In this document: one piece after another, positions 1 to 9,886 of the stretch
Layout: each line of letters starts with the position of its first letter
How positions within the stretch are numbered: position 1 is the first letter of the stretch
From: an uncultured Alphaproteobacteria bacterium
Lineage (GTDB): Bacteria > Pseudomonadota > Alphaproteobacteria > RF32 > CAG-239
NCBI GenBank assembly: GCA_910577205.1
Contig: CAJTMA010000007.1
Coordinates: 5,373 to 69,372 of the forward strand
Direction: 5' to 3'
DNA length: 64,000 bases
Made by a program: the position numbers and the translations under genes
The notes under the pieces: generated by a model
The model's input: the letters and a program-made list of their open reading frames with translations, nothing else
The model's database searches: none
Told to the model about the DNA's origin: nothing

Positions 1-222
1 AACGACACCGACATTGTCTTCTTCGAGGTTAAGAGCCATGCCCTTAACGCCGCTTTCAAACTCTACAAGTTCATTGGACTGAACTTTATCGAGGCCGTAA
101 ACATGGGCAATACCATCACCGACAGACAAAACGCGACCGACTTCCGAAACATCAACTTCGACGTCGGCATTCGCAATTTTATCTTTGATGATGGAGGATA
201 TTTCGCTTGCATGTACAGACAT
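1..222 (-). CDS. atpA: ATP synthase F1 alpha subunit, 5' portion only (runs off window start); N-term [44 protein letters not shown]
   Basis: My translation of the reverse strand from 222 gives a canonical AtpA N-terminus. The ATG overlaps the atpH stop as TAATG. Confidence 0.8.
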   Translation of the reverse strand, partial: MSVHASEISSIIKDKIANADVEVDVSEVGRVLSVGDGIAHVYGLDKVQSNELVEFESGVKGMALNLEEDNVGVV

Positions 223-776
223 TATTGTCCACCTTTCATCATAATTTCCAAACGATTTAATTTTCCGCGAATTGAATCATCAATCATGGAAGAACCAAAT
301 TTTACAATCAGCCCGCCCAAAATTTCAGGACGGATTTGATAATTGACAACCACTTTTCCAGAAAGCATTTTTTCCAAAGCCGCGGTTAAACTTTTATCCT
401 GAGCCGGACTTAGCGCACCGGCAGACTGAACTTCCACCTCCACAATGCCGTTTTTCCGATACCAGATATGCTTAAACTCATCCAGAATCGGAAGCAGTTC
501 GGCAAATCGGTTATTGGATGCAATTATATCAAGGCAATTCAGAGTTTCTTTATCCAGCTTCAGCTTAGCAGCAATCTCGGCCAACGCCTGTTTTTTAGAA
601 TCCAAATTCCAGACAGGGTTTGCCAGATGCTTAACCATTGTTTCATCAGCATGAAAAATTTCGCTCAGGCATTTGACATCCTCAAAAACCTGAGAGACTG
701 CTTTTTTCTCCTCCGCAGCGCCATACAAGGCTTCAGCGTAAGTAGAAATAACTTTGGCTTTTGAAATTTTCTTCAC
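222..776 (-). CDS. atpH: ATP synthase F1 delta subunit (OSCP)
   Basis: 184 aa ORF with OSCP-like sequence, immediately upstream of atpA on the same strand. Confidence 0.8.
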   Translation of the reverse strand: MKKISKAKVISTYAEALYGAAEEKKAVSQVFEDVKCLSEIFHADETMVKHLANPVWNLDSKKQALAEIAAKLKLDKETLNCLDIIASNNRFAELLPILDEFKHIWYRKNGIVEVEVQSAGALSPAQDKSLTAALEKMLSGKVVVNYQIRPEILGGLIVKFGSSMIDDSIRGKLNRLEIMMKGGQ

Positions 777-844
777 GGCTCTCTCATTTCAGTTTTTTAA
801 TTGAGGTTATCATAAGGGGTAATTCTTTCTAATTTATTAACTTC

Positions 845-3022
845 TCACATAAAACTATAGGGGTCGACATCTATTTCCACACGCACATTTGAAGGGGGCG
901 AAACTTTCCGCAGCCATTCGCGCAAAACATCTTGAATCTTTATGGTTTTAGCGGTTTTCAAGAGCAGGCGGTAACGGAATTTTCCCCGCAGCATATATAC
1001 CGGCGCAGGAGCTGGGCCCAGTGTGGAAATATAGTCATTATTTGGGGCTGTCTGCCCTAGCAAAATGGCTGTTTTTTCGGCTGCGTCACGGTTAGCACCG
1101 GAAACGATTAATGCCGCTAACTTGCCAAAGGGCGGCATCCGCAGCAGGCGGCGGCTTTGCTTTTCCAAGTCAAGGAACTGACTGCGGTCATTTGCCAGCA
1201 AGGCCTTTAATACGGCGTTATCAGGATAGAGAGTTTGCAAATAAACAACGCCTTTTTTAGCGGCACGACCGGCGCGCCCCGAGACCTGCGATAAGAGCTG
1301 ATAAGTTTGTTCTGCCGCTCGCAAATCACTCCCCATCAACCCCAAATCGGCATCTACAATCCCGACCAAAGTCAAACTGGGAAAGTGATGCCCTTTGGCC
1401 AAAATCTGCGTGCCGATTAAAATATCGACCTCGCCTTTTTCCATACGTTCAAACACGGCGGAAACCTCTGCCAGAGATGAGGTTATATCACTGGAAATAA
1501 CGGCAATACGCGCGTCAGGAAAACGCTTTGAAACCTCTTCGGCAATGCGCTCCACTCCCGGCCCGCAGGCGGTCAATCCCTCTTCAGAATGACATTCGGG
1601 ACACATCTTGGGAATCGGCATTGAATAACCGCAGTGGTGGCAAATCAGCCTGCCGGTTTTTCGGTGTTCCGTCAGCCATGCCGTACAATTCGGACACTGG
1701 ATACGATGGCCGCAATCACGGCAAATCGTTAAAGGGGCGTAACCGCGACGGTTCAAAAACAACATGGATTGTTCATTTTTTTCAAGGTTTGCTTTAAGAG
1801 CCTCCACTAATACCGGCGACAACCAAGAAACTCCCCAAACGCCTTTCTGCGGCTTGTCCTTTTTTAAATCGATGACATTAATTTCCGGCATAACCGCGGC
1901 GGCATAACGGCTGGTTAATTTTACGCAACCGTATTTGCCCTCTTCAACATTGCAAACAGTTTCCAAATCAGGCGTAGCGGTTGAGAGAATCAGCGGAAAC
2001 TTTTCAAGCTTGGCGCGCACTACGGCCATATCCCGCCCCTGATAATTAACAACATCTTCTTGTTTAAATGAATGGTCGTGGCTTTCATCAATAACCATCA
2101 GCCCCAAATCGGCATAGGGCAAAAACAAAGCCGACCGCGCCCCGACAATGACTTTCACACGGTTTTCAATAACAGCTTTCCAAGTATCTATTCTTTCCCG
2201 CTGTCCAAGACCGGAATGCCAGCAGGCCGGCTTAACGCCGAATCGTTTTTCAAAACGGCCGAGCCATTGCGTCGTCAGCGCAATTTCAGGCACAAGAATT
2301 ACCACCTGTTTTCCCAACTCCAAAGCGCGGGCAACAGCCTCAAAATAAACCTCGGTTTTGCCCGATCCGGTGACACCGTCAAGCAGTGTTACAGAAAATC
2401 CGGCACCGACTTTTTGCACCAGTTCAGCTGCCGCCATTTCCTGTTCCGCGGTTAATTCTACTTTGGAGAAGCTGCCCAGCGGCTTGTCATAGACTTTCTT
2501 TTTCGGGCGGATAATCGGCTGCAACACCCCGGCTTGTATCAGTGTATTGACAACGCCAAGCCCAACCCCTGCCCCTTGGCAAATTTCCTTGCGGGTATAA
2601 GGAGCATGGCGCAGCAAATCCATCACATGCCAGCGGGCATCCGAATTTTTAAGCTTAGCTTCGGCCAGCGTTTTGCCGCTCAGCGTATAAAGGGTTTCCA
2701 CCTGATTGTCATCAAATACGGCGCGCACGCTGATAACCATTTTCAGCACCAAACCGACAAAAGCCATATTATATTCGGCAACAAATTTGATTAATTGCAA
2801 CAAGGCTGGCGACAGTGCCGGAAAATCCAACTTTTCAATGATTGGCTTTATCTTACCTTCGGGCAAATCTGAAGAGCGGCCATGTTTCCACACGACGCCA
2901 ACCTGTTCCTCACGTCCAAAAGGGACACGGACAATTGTGCCGAGCGGAAGCTCCTCTTCAACTTTATAGTCAAAAGGTTCATTAAACGGCAGCGGCAGCA
3001 TTATTCCGACAACGGAGGTCAT
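845..3022 (-). CDS. priA: primosomal protein N' (replication restart helicase PriA)
   Basis: 725 aa. Walker A GVTGSGKTEVY, DEAH-like motif DESHD, Cys4 zinc-finger cluster (CRDCGH...CPNC...CHHCG), helicase C-terminal motifs. Confidence 0.9.
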   Translation of the reverse strand: MTSVVGIMLPLPFNEPFDYKVEEELPLGTIVRVPFGREEQVGVVWKHGRSSDLPEGKIKPIIEKLDFPALSPALLQLIKFVAEYNMAFVGLVLKMVISVRAVFDDNQVETLYTLSGKTLAEAKLKNSDARWHVMDLLRHAPYTRKEICQGAGVGLGVVNTLIQAGVLQPIIRPKKKVYDKPLGSFSKVELTAEQEMAAAELVQKVGAGFSVTLLDGVTGSGKTEVYFEAVARALELGKQVVILVPEIALTTQWLGRFEKRFGVKPACWHSGLGQRERIDTWKAVIENRVKVIVGARSALFLPYADLGLMVIDESHDHSFKQEDVVNYQGRDMAVVRAKLEKFPLILSTATPDLETVCNVEEGKYGCVKLTSRYAAAVMPEINVIDLKKDKPQKGVWGVSWLSPVLVEALKANLEKNEQSMLFLNRRGYAPLTICRDCGHRIQCPNCTAWLTEHRKTGRLICHHCGYSMPIPKMCPECHSEEGLTACGPGVERIAEEVSKRFPDARIAVISSDITSSLAEVSAVFERMEKGEVDILIGTQILAKGHHFPSLTLVGIVDADLGLMGSDLRAAEQTYQLLSQVSGRAGRAAKKGVVYLQTLYPDNAVLKALLANDRSQFLDLEKQSRRLLRMPPFGKLAALIVSGANRDAAEKTAILLGQTAPNNDYISTLGPAPAPVYMLRGKFRYRLLLKTAKTIKIQDVLREWLRKVSPPSNVRVEIDVDPYSFM

Positions 3023-3105
3023 TCTCTATCCTTATCCATAACGGCTTCATCATAATGCGAAAGGAAAAAAAACAAAAGCCTGCCTCCTGATTATCCCCAC
3101 AAAAA

Positions 3106-3132
3106 AACGGGAGGAATTAATCCGCCCGTTTT
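3106..3132. terminator. putative intrinsic terminator hairpin (aacgggagg..ccgcccgtt + T-run)
   Basis: Imperfect GC stem-loop flanked by an A-run and a T-run. Confidence 0.35.
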
Positions 3133-3140
3133 ACTCTTAA

Positions 3141-3443
3141 TCATTTTCTCATCTGCCAACAATGAATATACAGCAGCGAGATAAAAGTACCAACAGAGAT
3201 ACACATCCCCATCAACATTTGCGCTTCTACGCTCAAAGAGAAATACTTCACCAACAAAGCAATGAAAGACAGTGTCAATACACCCGTCCACACGGCAAAA
3301 AAACTGAGCAAGCTGAATGAATTCAGAACACATAGTTTCTTTTGCATCAAGATGCGAACATAAATTATTCCCATAACAAGCGCAAGCGCCAGGCATATCC
3401 ATACTCCGTATGCAGATGCCGCAATCATCTCAATCGAATTCAT
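3141..3443 (-). CDS. hypothetical small membrane protein (100 aa, about 3 predicted TM segments)
   Basis: Hydrophobic ORF. No recognisable family. Could be spurious. Confidence 0.3.
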   Translation of the reverse strand: MNSIEMIAASAYGVWICLALALVMGIIYVRILMQKKLCVLNSFSLLSFFAVWTGVLTLSFIALLVKYFSLSVEAQMLMGMCISVGTFISLLYIHCWQMRK

Positions 3444-3564
3444 AATAAGTAAAAATTTAATGATAAAGGTTTGCGGCCATTATATCCCCCAATTGCTTTT
3501 TGTCAATTTTTTTATAAACGGAATTTTAAGCAGTCTTGGTTAAACTCAAATAAAGGATAAAAAC

Positions 3565-4512
3565 ATGAAGACTAATATAGAATTTAAAGTTTCGGCAGGG
3601 CTTAAAAAGCACATCAAAGAATGGCAGAGCTGGCTGCTTGACGAACGGCGCTATTCACCGCATACGCTGGATGCTTATTCTCGGGATTTGGCTGAGTTTT
3701 TTGATTTTTTAAGTACTCACCTCAGCAAAGAGCCGGATATTGATGACCTTGCTCAGTTGGAGGTCCGTGATTTCCGGTCTTTTTTAAGCTTCAGAAGCGG
3801 ACAACACATAGATAAAGCTTCTCTGGCGCGTGAATTGTCATCGCTCAAAAATTTCTACAAATGGCTGGCACGGCATGATATTCTTAAAAATCCTGCAATA
3901 TCAGTAATTTCTGCACCAAGGAGGCCTAAAGTTTTGCCTAAAGCTTTGGAAGCAGACCAGACATTTAATGTTATCGAGGTGGCGGGAGAATTTGCCACAA
4001 ATTCATGGCAGGGCTTGCGAGATACTGCAATATTTACATTATTATACGGTTGCGGGTTGCGTATTTCTGAAGCCCTGTCTTTGAATGTGGGAGATGTGAA
4101 TGACAACGATTTTCTGCGCATCAAGGGCAAAGGCAACAAAGAAAGGATCGTTCCCTTACTGCCCATTGTGGCCGAAAACATTAAAAAATATGTCGCAGAA
4201 TGCCCTTATCAATTCAGGCACGGAGAACCCTTATTCGTGGGCGCTCGCGGCGACAGGCTTGTGCCAAGAATTGTCCAGCGGCAATTGCAAAAAATCCGGG
4301 CATATCTGGGACTTTCCGATAATTTGACTCCCCATGCCCTGCGGCATTCTTTTGCAACCCACCTCTTGGCGGAAGGGACCGACCTGCGCTCAATTCAGGA
4401 ATTATTAGGCCATGCGTCCCTGACCACGACCCAGCGCTATACAGATGTTCAGACTGAAACCATCAGAAAAGAATACGAAAAGGCAGGACTGTTAAGCTCG
4501 TCCGAAAGCTGA
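3565..4512 (+). CDS. xerC: tyrosine site-specific recombinase XerC/XerD family
   Basis: 315 aa. C-terminal motifs HALRHSFATHLL...IQELLGHASLTTTQRYT (R-H-R-Y catalytic signature). The RHSFAT/QELLGHA variant resembles XerC more than XerD. Confidence 0.8.
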   Translation: MKTNIEFKVSAGLKKHIKEWQSWLLDERRYSPHTLDAYSRDLAEFFDFLSTHLSKEPDIDDLAQLEVRDFRSFLSFRSGQHIDKASLARELSSLKNFYKWLARHDILKNPAISVISAPRRPKVLPKALEADQTFNVIEVAGEFATNSWQGLRDTAIFTLLYGCGLRISEALSLNVGDVNDNDFLRIKGKGNKERIVPLLPIVAENIKKYVAECPYQFRHGEPLFVGARGDRLVPRIVQRQLQKIRAYLGLSDNLTPHALRHSFATHLLAEGTDLRSIQELLGHASLTTTQRYTDVQTETIRKEYEKAGLLSSSES

Positions 4513-4524
4513 ATATAAAAAGAA

Positions 4525-4551
4525 AAGGGATGCCAGACGGCGTCCCTTTTT
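4525..4551. terminator. bidirectional intrinsic terminator between convergent xerC and rpmG
   Basis: aagggatgcc-agac-ggcgtccc stem with a following T-run and a preceding A-run. Confidence 0.5.
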
Positions 4552-4577
4552 AATCTTTCTCTGAAAACTGAAGATGA

Positions 4578-4745
4578 TTACTTCAATTTCTTTTCAACGA
4601 ACTCTTCGTGCTTTTTAGACTTCTTGTCATATTTTTTCAAAGTCAATTTTTCCGGATGAGTCCGAGGATTTTTTTCAGCAAGATAAAAGGTACCGGTGCC
4701 GGCAGTGCTTTCCAATTTTACTTTTACTTTAATTGCTTTTGCCAT
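4578..4745 (-). CDS. rpmG: 50S ribosomal protein L33
   Basis: My own translation of the reverse strand gives MAKAIKVKVKLESTAGTGTFYLAEKNPRTHPEKLTLKKYDKKSKKHEEFVEKKLK (55 aa). This ORF is below the length cutoff of the ORF track. Confidence 0.85.
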   Translation of the reverse strand: MAKAIKVKVKLESTAGTGTFYLAEKNPRTHPEKLTLKKYDKKSKKHEEFVEKKLK

Positions 4746-5011
4746 GATTCTATACTCTTAAAATTAGGTTATATCAAAACATTTAGGCGTAATATACAGT
4801 TTTTGAAACGTTTGTCAATAAGATTTTTAGGTTACAGAAATATGAAACCTGATAAATTTTGCGAAAATTTATTATTTTGTCTATTGTGTAACGAGAAAAA
4901 TTATGCTATGGTGGCGTTCTAAAATATATTATTTGCCTATTATGATGCCTTATCTCATGGTGACATATCAGGTGAGATTTATTCGGAAATATTAACTAAA
5001 AAAATAACAAT

Positions 5012-5236
5012 ATGGAAAAGAAAATTATTTCCGCAGCAATTGCTGTGGTTGCCGCAGTCATTATTTATTTCGGCGGTTGGGAGATTATCAAATTCATTGG
5101 CAGCAATGTGTTCGAATTTCCTTGGAACTCAGCGGCTATTCTGCTTCTCTCGCTCTGCACCATTGTGCTGATGTTTTGTACGGTGTGTCTTCCCTACAAA
5201 ATTTATCTCAAACTGATAAACACCAATGAAAAATGA
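5012..5236 (+). CDS. small membrane protein (74 aa, 2 TM)
   Basis: Hydrophobic ORF. Its stop overlaps the next start (ATGA), suggesting a coupled pair. Confidence 0.35.
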   Translation: MEKKIISAAIAVVAAVIIYFGGWEIIKFIGSNVFEFPWNSAAILLLSLCTIVLMFCTVCLPYKIYLKLINTNEK

Positions 5237-5505
5237 AAAAAACATTCTTCATCTTACTGATAGCGGCGGCAGCAATTGCTGCCAATATCATTTTCCCCGG
5301 AAGCAAACTTGCCGCCATTATTTTGGCTGTGATTTTGTTTATCGGCGTTCTCCCCAAGCTGATTCTTTTTGCACTCCGCATGGATGAGAAATACGATCCT
5401 ATCAGGCGCAAAAGGCTGATGGAAAAAAGAGCCAAAGAAAAGATGGAACTAGAAGAAAGATTGAACAAAATCTGCCGCGAAGTGCCGCAGGAACACCTTC
5501 CCTAA
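5233..5505 (+). CDS. small membrane protein (90 aa, 2 TM, basic/acidic C-tail)
   Basis: Translationally coupled to the previous ORF and followed by two terminators. Confidence 0.4.
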   Translation: MKKTFFILLIAAAAIAANIIFPGSKLAAIILAVILFIGVLPKLILFALRMDEKYDPIRRKRLMEKRAKEKMELEERLNKICREVPQEHLP

Positions 5506-5527
5506 CTTTCGCTTTTCTCTCCTCTAA

Positions 5528-5557
5528 AGACCGGAAATTATCTTTCCGGTCTTTTTT
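5528..5557. terminator. intrinsic terminator (agaccggaaa-ttatc-tttccggtct + T6)
   Basis: Perfect 10 bp stem followed by a T-run. Confidence 0.6.
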
Positions 5558-5568
5558 ATGCTTCAAAC

Positions 5569-5600
5569 AAAACCGTCCGGCGGATAAACCGGACGGTTTT
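5569..5600. terminator. bidirectional intrinsic terminator (aaaaccgtccgg-cggataaa-ccggacggtttt)
   Basis: Perfect 12 bp stem with A/T runs on both sides. It serves the convergent HTH gene. Confidence 0.6.
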
Positions 5601-5702
5601 CAGATGGCGGTAAGCTGTGTCTTATTTTGAACGTTCAGTTATCCGCTTTGCCGCAATCCGTCCCCGAAAATTCTCTCCCGCTTTTCGGGGATAAAAACTT
5701 TA

Positions 5703-6023
5703 TCAGGCTTCCAAAACCACGCTGACATTAAGCTGATAATAATCCAGCAGGTAACCGATATCCATATTGGTTATGGCGGCGCGCCCGCTTTCTATTTTCT
5801 CCAGGCTTTTAAAGTTAACTTTGGTTTCGCGGCAGACTTGCTCCCGGCTGATGTTGCGCTGTGAGCGTATCATCAACAACCAAATACCGAGCGTCCGCCC
5901 GATGGTGGTTTGCAAATCTTTGGGTGTGATTTGCAGCGTTACTTTTTCTAACATTCCAAGCTCCTTTAGGTTTATTAATCCCCGCTCCTTAGAATTGAGG
6001 AGAGGCTTTAAAACAAAAACCAC
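5703..6023 (-). CDS. XRE-family helix-turn-helix transcriptional regulator
   Basis: 106 aa. HTH_3-like segment ISREQVCRETKVNFKSLEKIESG. Confidence 0.55.
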   Translation of the reverse strand: MVFVLKPLLNSKERGLINLKELGMLEKVTLQITPKDLQTTIGRTLGIWLLMIRSQRNISREQVCRETKVNFKSLEKIESGRAAITNMDIGYLLDYYQLNVSVVLEA

Positions 6024-6227
6024 CTTTTTGGAAAAAAGGTGGAGGAGCTGAAAAACTGCAAAGATACAGTCAGTCTTATTCGTGCTTACGCCTTATATCG
6101 ACCACTCCTCCGAAAAGAGGATATTTTATCTTTGAGATGTTTTTCAGACACCACAATCAGTCTCCCGATTGCGAGAGTTATATTAGGTGATTATTTTTAT
6201 TTTGCAATCAAAATATTGCAATTGTTT

Positions 6228-6680
6228 GGTTGGGAAGAAAGTCGGCTGATGGGGTGGTGAATATTGGGAGGGCGTCTGGGGTGAGTGGCGTATATGGATG
6301 GTCAGGTGTTGAGATGGTGGTGAAAACATGGCGGCAAATATTGGAGCAATGAGTGGTGTGCGGAGGGAGAGAAGGAAAAGGTGATGCAAAGAGCAGTAGG
6401 AGGGAAGAGTGGCTGGCGCAAAAAGGTGGAAGAGTCATTCTGAGGAGCTATGTGACGAAGCATCCATGCTTAAGCAGCCGCACTGTTGGCATCGTGCCGG
6501 TTTGAATATGGATCTTTCACCGCGTTGCGGCTCAGGATGACGAACAAAAAACTGCGGTTCGGGATGACAGATAAAAAAATGGAGAATGGCGCGGAAGAAA
6601 GCGGCGGCTGAAAAAAGAGGAGAACAGCAGCAAGAAAGGTAGAATTTCCGCCGGCGATTTAAGCTGATGCAAGAACAAGA
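6228..6680. other. about 450 bp purine (G+A)-rich, C-depleted noncoding tract on the + strand
   Basis: Long runs such as ggtggtgaatattgggagggcgtctggggtgagtgg...gagggagagaaggaaaaggtg. No credible ORF; only low-complexity Pro-rich antisense ORFs. Confidence 0.4.
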
Positions 6681-6701
6681 GCGACCTAGACCTTAGACTT
6701 T

Positions 6702-7823
6702 TCAGTTCTTTATATTCTGTTGCAGATATGTGTGAGCAACATCAATATCCAAATCAGATGAGCCTCGTTCTTGCCGAACACAAATGGCTGTCTTTTTATG
6801 ACGTTGTATTATTTTTTCAGGGTCTGTCGTTTCCAATTCCCCTACCGTGCAAATATCCGGCATAATGCCTTCGCCTGCTACTTTTTTTCCTGAGGGCAAG
6901 AAGACCAAAGCATTCGTTAAAGCCAGGCGGCTGTGATTAGGCAGTTCAGTTAATTTCTGAACGCTGCCTTTGCCGTAGCTCCGCGCACCGACGACAACAG
7001 CACGGCTTTGTTCCTGCAACGTTCCGGCCAGCACCTCGGCAGAAGATGCCGTTTGGCCGTCAATCAAAACCGCAATGGGTTTATCCCCCAATATATCTCC
7101 ATCCGGCGCATCATAGATTTCTACCGAATCGTCCTCTTTCCCTTGCACCGACGCAACAATTCCGCCGTCTAAAAACATTCCGGCTATTTCAACAGCTTGT
7201 TTAAAAGCGCCACCCGGATTGCCCCGCAAATCTAATATAAGGCCTTTCACTGCCGGATATTTTCTGATACCCGTTGCTAAAGCTTCGCGGCTGAATTTGT
7301 TCATTGCCCCCAAACGGACATAAAGGATGCCGTTATCCATTACCCTCTCGGAGTAAGCGCGCAGAACTTTGCCGGAAGATGCCGGAGAGCGGCTTAACTC
7401 CAAATCAGGATAATAAGTTGAGTCGACATCAAAATCTTTGATACCGTAAGCTAATATTGTATCCACAATTTCAAAATCTTTTCGCATCAACTCGGGAGAG
7501 GCTTTTTGCGCGGCTTTAATCAGTTTTTGCGTTAAAGCAGCCCAAGCTTTGGCATCCTGCCGGTTTTCCGGTTTACGTTGTGTTGTCTGCAATCTGCCAT
7601 TGGCATAAAGGGATAAACGCCCGCCGTCATCCCCTACCCTGATGCGCGAATCAATTTCTTTTAAGGCTTTCAGTGAGGGCACGGCCAATTGCTCTATTTT
7701 TGCAGGAAGGACATATTCATCGCGAACCAACTGATAAACCTGCTCCAGGACTTCGGTATCTCCCGCATAAACCGGAGCGGCTTTCAATAATGATAAAAAT
7801 GTGAAGCAGACTAATCTTTTCAT
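6702..7823 (-). CDS. ctpA: S41-family carboxy-terminal processing protease
   Basis: 373 aa. Signal peptide, GNPGG motif, catalytic region TASSAEVLAG...SYGKGSVQ. Confidence 0.8.
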   Translation of the reverse strand: MKRLVCFTFLSLLKAAPVYAGDTEVLEQVYQLVRDEYVLPAKIEQLAVPSLKALKEIDSRIRVGDDGGRLSLYANGRLQTTQRKPENRQDAKAWAALTQKLIKAAQKASPELMRKDFEIVDTILAYGIKDFDVDSTYYPDLELSRSPASSGKVLRAYSERVMDNGILYVRLGAMNKFSREALATGIRKYPAVKGLILDLRGNPGGAFKQAVEIAGMFLDGGIVASVQGKEDDSVEIYDAPDGDILGDKPIAVLIDGQTASSAEVLAGTLQEQSRAVVVGARSYGKGSVQKLTELPNHSRLALTNALVFLPSGKKVAGEGIMPDICTVGELETTDPEKIIQRHKKTAICVRQERGSSDLDIDVAHTYLQQNIKN

Positions 7824-9886
7824 TGTTTTTGTTTCGCTTTTTTACGATTATTTTGTTTTAATTTTTGTTTGCGCTGTTTCTTTGACAGCTTGTTCTTCTT
7901 TTTGAACTTTTTAGGGGGCGCAAGTTCACACGCCTCAGCCAAAACAAAAGTCAGCGCGCCATTTAATGCCGAAGCTTCCGTCAGGCAGGCTGTCAACATA
8001 TCTCCGAGAATAAAACGCCGTCCGGTCTTAAGTCCGACCATTTCGGCATTTCCCTCAGAAATACAATAGGTATCTTTGGGCAGAGTACGCATTGGTATCA
8101 AACCGTCTGCTCCCAGATTTTCAATAGATACAAAAACGCCGGCATTTGTCAGCCCCGAAATTCTGACTTCAAAATCAGCCCCGACAGATGGCTGTAAATA
8201 AGCAGACACATAGCGGGCTATCGAATCGCGTTCGGCTTGTGCGGCGGTACGTTCAGTTTCACACAAATGTTCGCCAATTTGCTTAAACTGCCCTACGCTT
8301 GCACCATCTTCCAAAGCGCCGGCATCGGGCATCCCGCAAGCTTTAATCAGTGCGCGGTGCACCAACAAATCCGCATAGCGGCGGATTGGCGATGTAAAAT
8401 GCGCATAATCGCTTAATGCCAAGCCGAAGTGGCCGATATTTTCAGGGCTGTATTTTGCCTGACATTGCAGGCGCATAATCATGCTGTTTATGCCTGCTCC
8501 CATATTATGCTTGCGACTTTCATCCAACACCTTGTTTAAATGCGATGGCTTGAGCGACGGATAATTAGGAAGTTTCATATGCAAGCTGTGCAGCAAAGGA
8601 GCAAAATCTTTAAGTTTTTCTTCCAACGGTTTATCATGCACACGGAACATAACCGGCAGCTTACTTTGCTCCAAACGTTTGGCCGCAGAAACATTGGCGG
8701 CAATCATAAATTCTTCGACAATTTCGTGGCTCAAAAAATGTTCGGCACGGCCAACACAAAGTATGTTGCCGCCGGCATCGAGCTTAACCTTAACTTCTAC
8801 CGGATCAAGCTCCAAAGAGCCCCGCCGTTCTCTGGCCTTGCGTAAGGCAAAATAAGCTTCATAAAGCGGCTGGATAACGGTTTTAAATAACCCTTGTGTC
8901 TGCAGCGAATGTCTGCCCTCAAAAGCATTTTGAACTTCACGATACGTCAGGCGGGCGGCTGACTTCATTAAGGCGCGGCAAAACTCATAAGACAGAAGAT
9001 TGCCGTCATTGTCTATTTGCATTGAGCAAGCCAAGCAAGGGCGAATTTTTCCGGGGCGCAGAGAGCAAAGATCATTACTCAATATTTCCGGCAGCATAGG
9101 CACAACCAGCCCCGGCAAATATACCGAATTGCCGCGGCGGTATGCTTCGCGGTCAAGTTCAGCCCCGGGGCGCACATAACAGGCTACATCGGCAATCGCC
9201 ACGACCAAATGAAATCCGCCGTTTGTTTTTTCGGCATAGACTGCATCGTCAAAATCTTTGGAATCATCACCATCAATTGTAACCAGCGGCAGACGGGTCA
9301 AATCTTCCCTTCCGGCCGGGCAGTACCCCTTAAGGCGCGAAGCTTCTTTAAGAACACTCTCAGGAAAGACATCGCTGATGCCATATTTTTCCAATATGAT
9401 TAAATCGGTGGCTTTACTTAAATTAAAGCGCCCATAATTTTTAATGATTTTTGCCTGCTTGAATTTGCGTTCGCCAATGAGCGCTACTTTTACAAAATCT
9501 CCGGTTTGAGATGAGCCGATTTCATCCAGCAGATAATCCATGCGGGAATTTTTTTCGGCTGATTTGAGGTAGTATTTTCCGCCGCGTTCTTCAATCACAC
9601 CGTGAACCTGTTCAACTTCGCAGCCGGCGGCTTCAGTCCGCGCCAAAGGTTTTGCCCACCACACATCTTTTCTCAGCGACAAACGTGCAATAAAACGATC
9701 CCCCTCGGCAAGAGCCGGTTTGATTTTTCCATTACCAGAAAGATAGATTTTGTGCCCGAAAGGATTATCCTCGGGGTCAACGGTTACGGCCATTAAATCG
9801 CCATCTTCAGATATTCCGCTGACTTCCATCAGGCAATTGTCCGGAAGGCGGTTCTTTTTATTCTTCTTATATTTTTTATTACTCAT
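7820..9886 (-). CDS. rnr: ribonuclease R (VacB), with Lys-rich basic C-terminal tail
   Basis: 688 aa. RNB-domain motifs (DGDDSKDFDDAV), C-terminal S1-like region and a KKFKKKNKLSKKQRKQK tail. Confidence 0.85.
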   Translation of the reverse strand: MSNKKYKKNKKNRLPDNCLMEVSGISEDGDLMAVTVDPEDNPFGHKIYLSGNGKIKPALAEGDRFIARLSLRKDVWWAKPLARTEAAGCEVEQVHGVIEERGGKYYLKSAEKNSRMDYLLDEIGSSQTGDFVKVALIGERKFKQAKIIKNYGRFNLSKATDLIILEKYGISDVFPESVLKEASRLKGYCPAGREDLTRLPLVTIDGDDSKDFDDAVYAEKTNGGFHLVVAIADVACYVRPGAELDREAYRRGNSVYLPGLVVPMLPEILSNDLCSLRPGKIRPCLACSMQIDNDGNLLSYEFCRALMKSAARLTYREVQNAFEGRHSLQTQGLFKTVIQPLYEAYFALRKARERRGSLELDPVEVKVKLDAGGNILCVGRAEHFLSHEIVEEFMIAANVSAAKRLEQSKLPVMFRVHDKPLEEKLKDFAPLLHSLHMKLPNYPSLKPSHLNKVLDESRKHNMGAGINSMIMRLQCQAKYSPENIGHFGLALSDYAHFTSPIRRYADLLVHRALIKACGMPDAGALEDGASVGQFKQIGEHLCETERTAAQAERDSIARYVSAYLQPSVGADFEVRISGLTNAGVFVSIENLGADGLIPMRTLPKDTYCISEGNAEMVGLKTGRRFILGDMLTACLTEASALNGALTFVLAEACELAPPKKFKKKNKLSKKQRKQKLKQNNRKKAKQKQ

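Noticed and set aside
103-339. 78 aa + strand ORF at the window start
   Set aside because: It lies antisense to the atpA/atpH junction, whose reverse-strand translation gives canonical AtpA and AtpH sequences. Spurious.
1395-2969. Several 60-130 aa + strand ORFs inside priA
   Set aside because: They are antisense to a well-supported 725 aa PriA ORF and have no motifs. Shadow ORFs.
6183-6438. Pro/Ser/Thr-rich minus-strand ORFs (68 and 76 aa) in the GA-rich tract
   Set aside because: They are low-complexity translations of the pyrimidine-rich complement, with no start context. Artefacts of strand composition bias.
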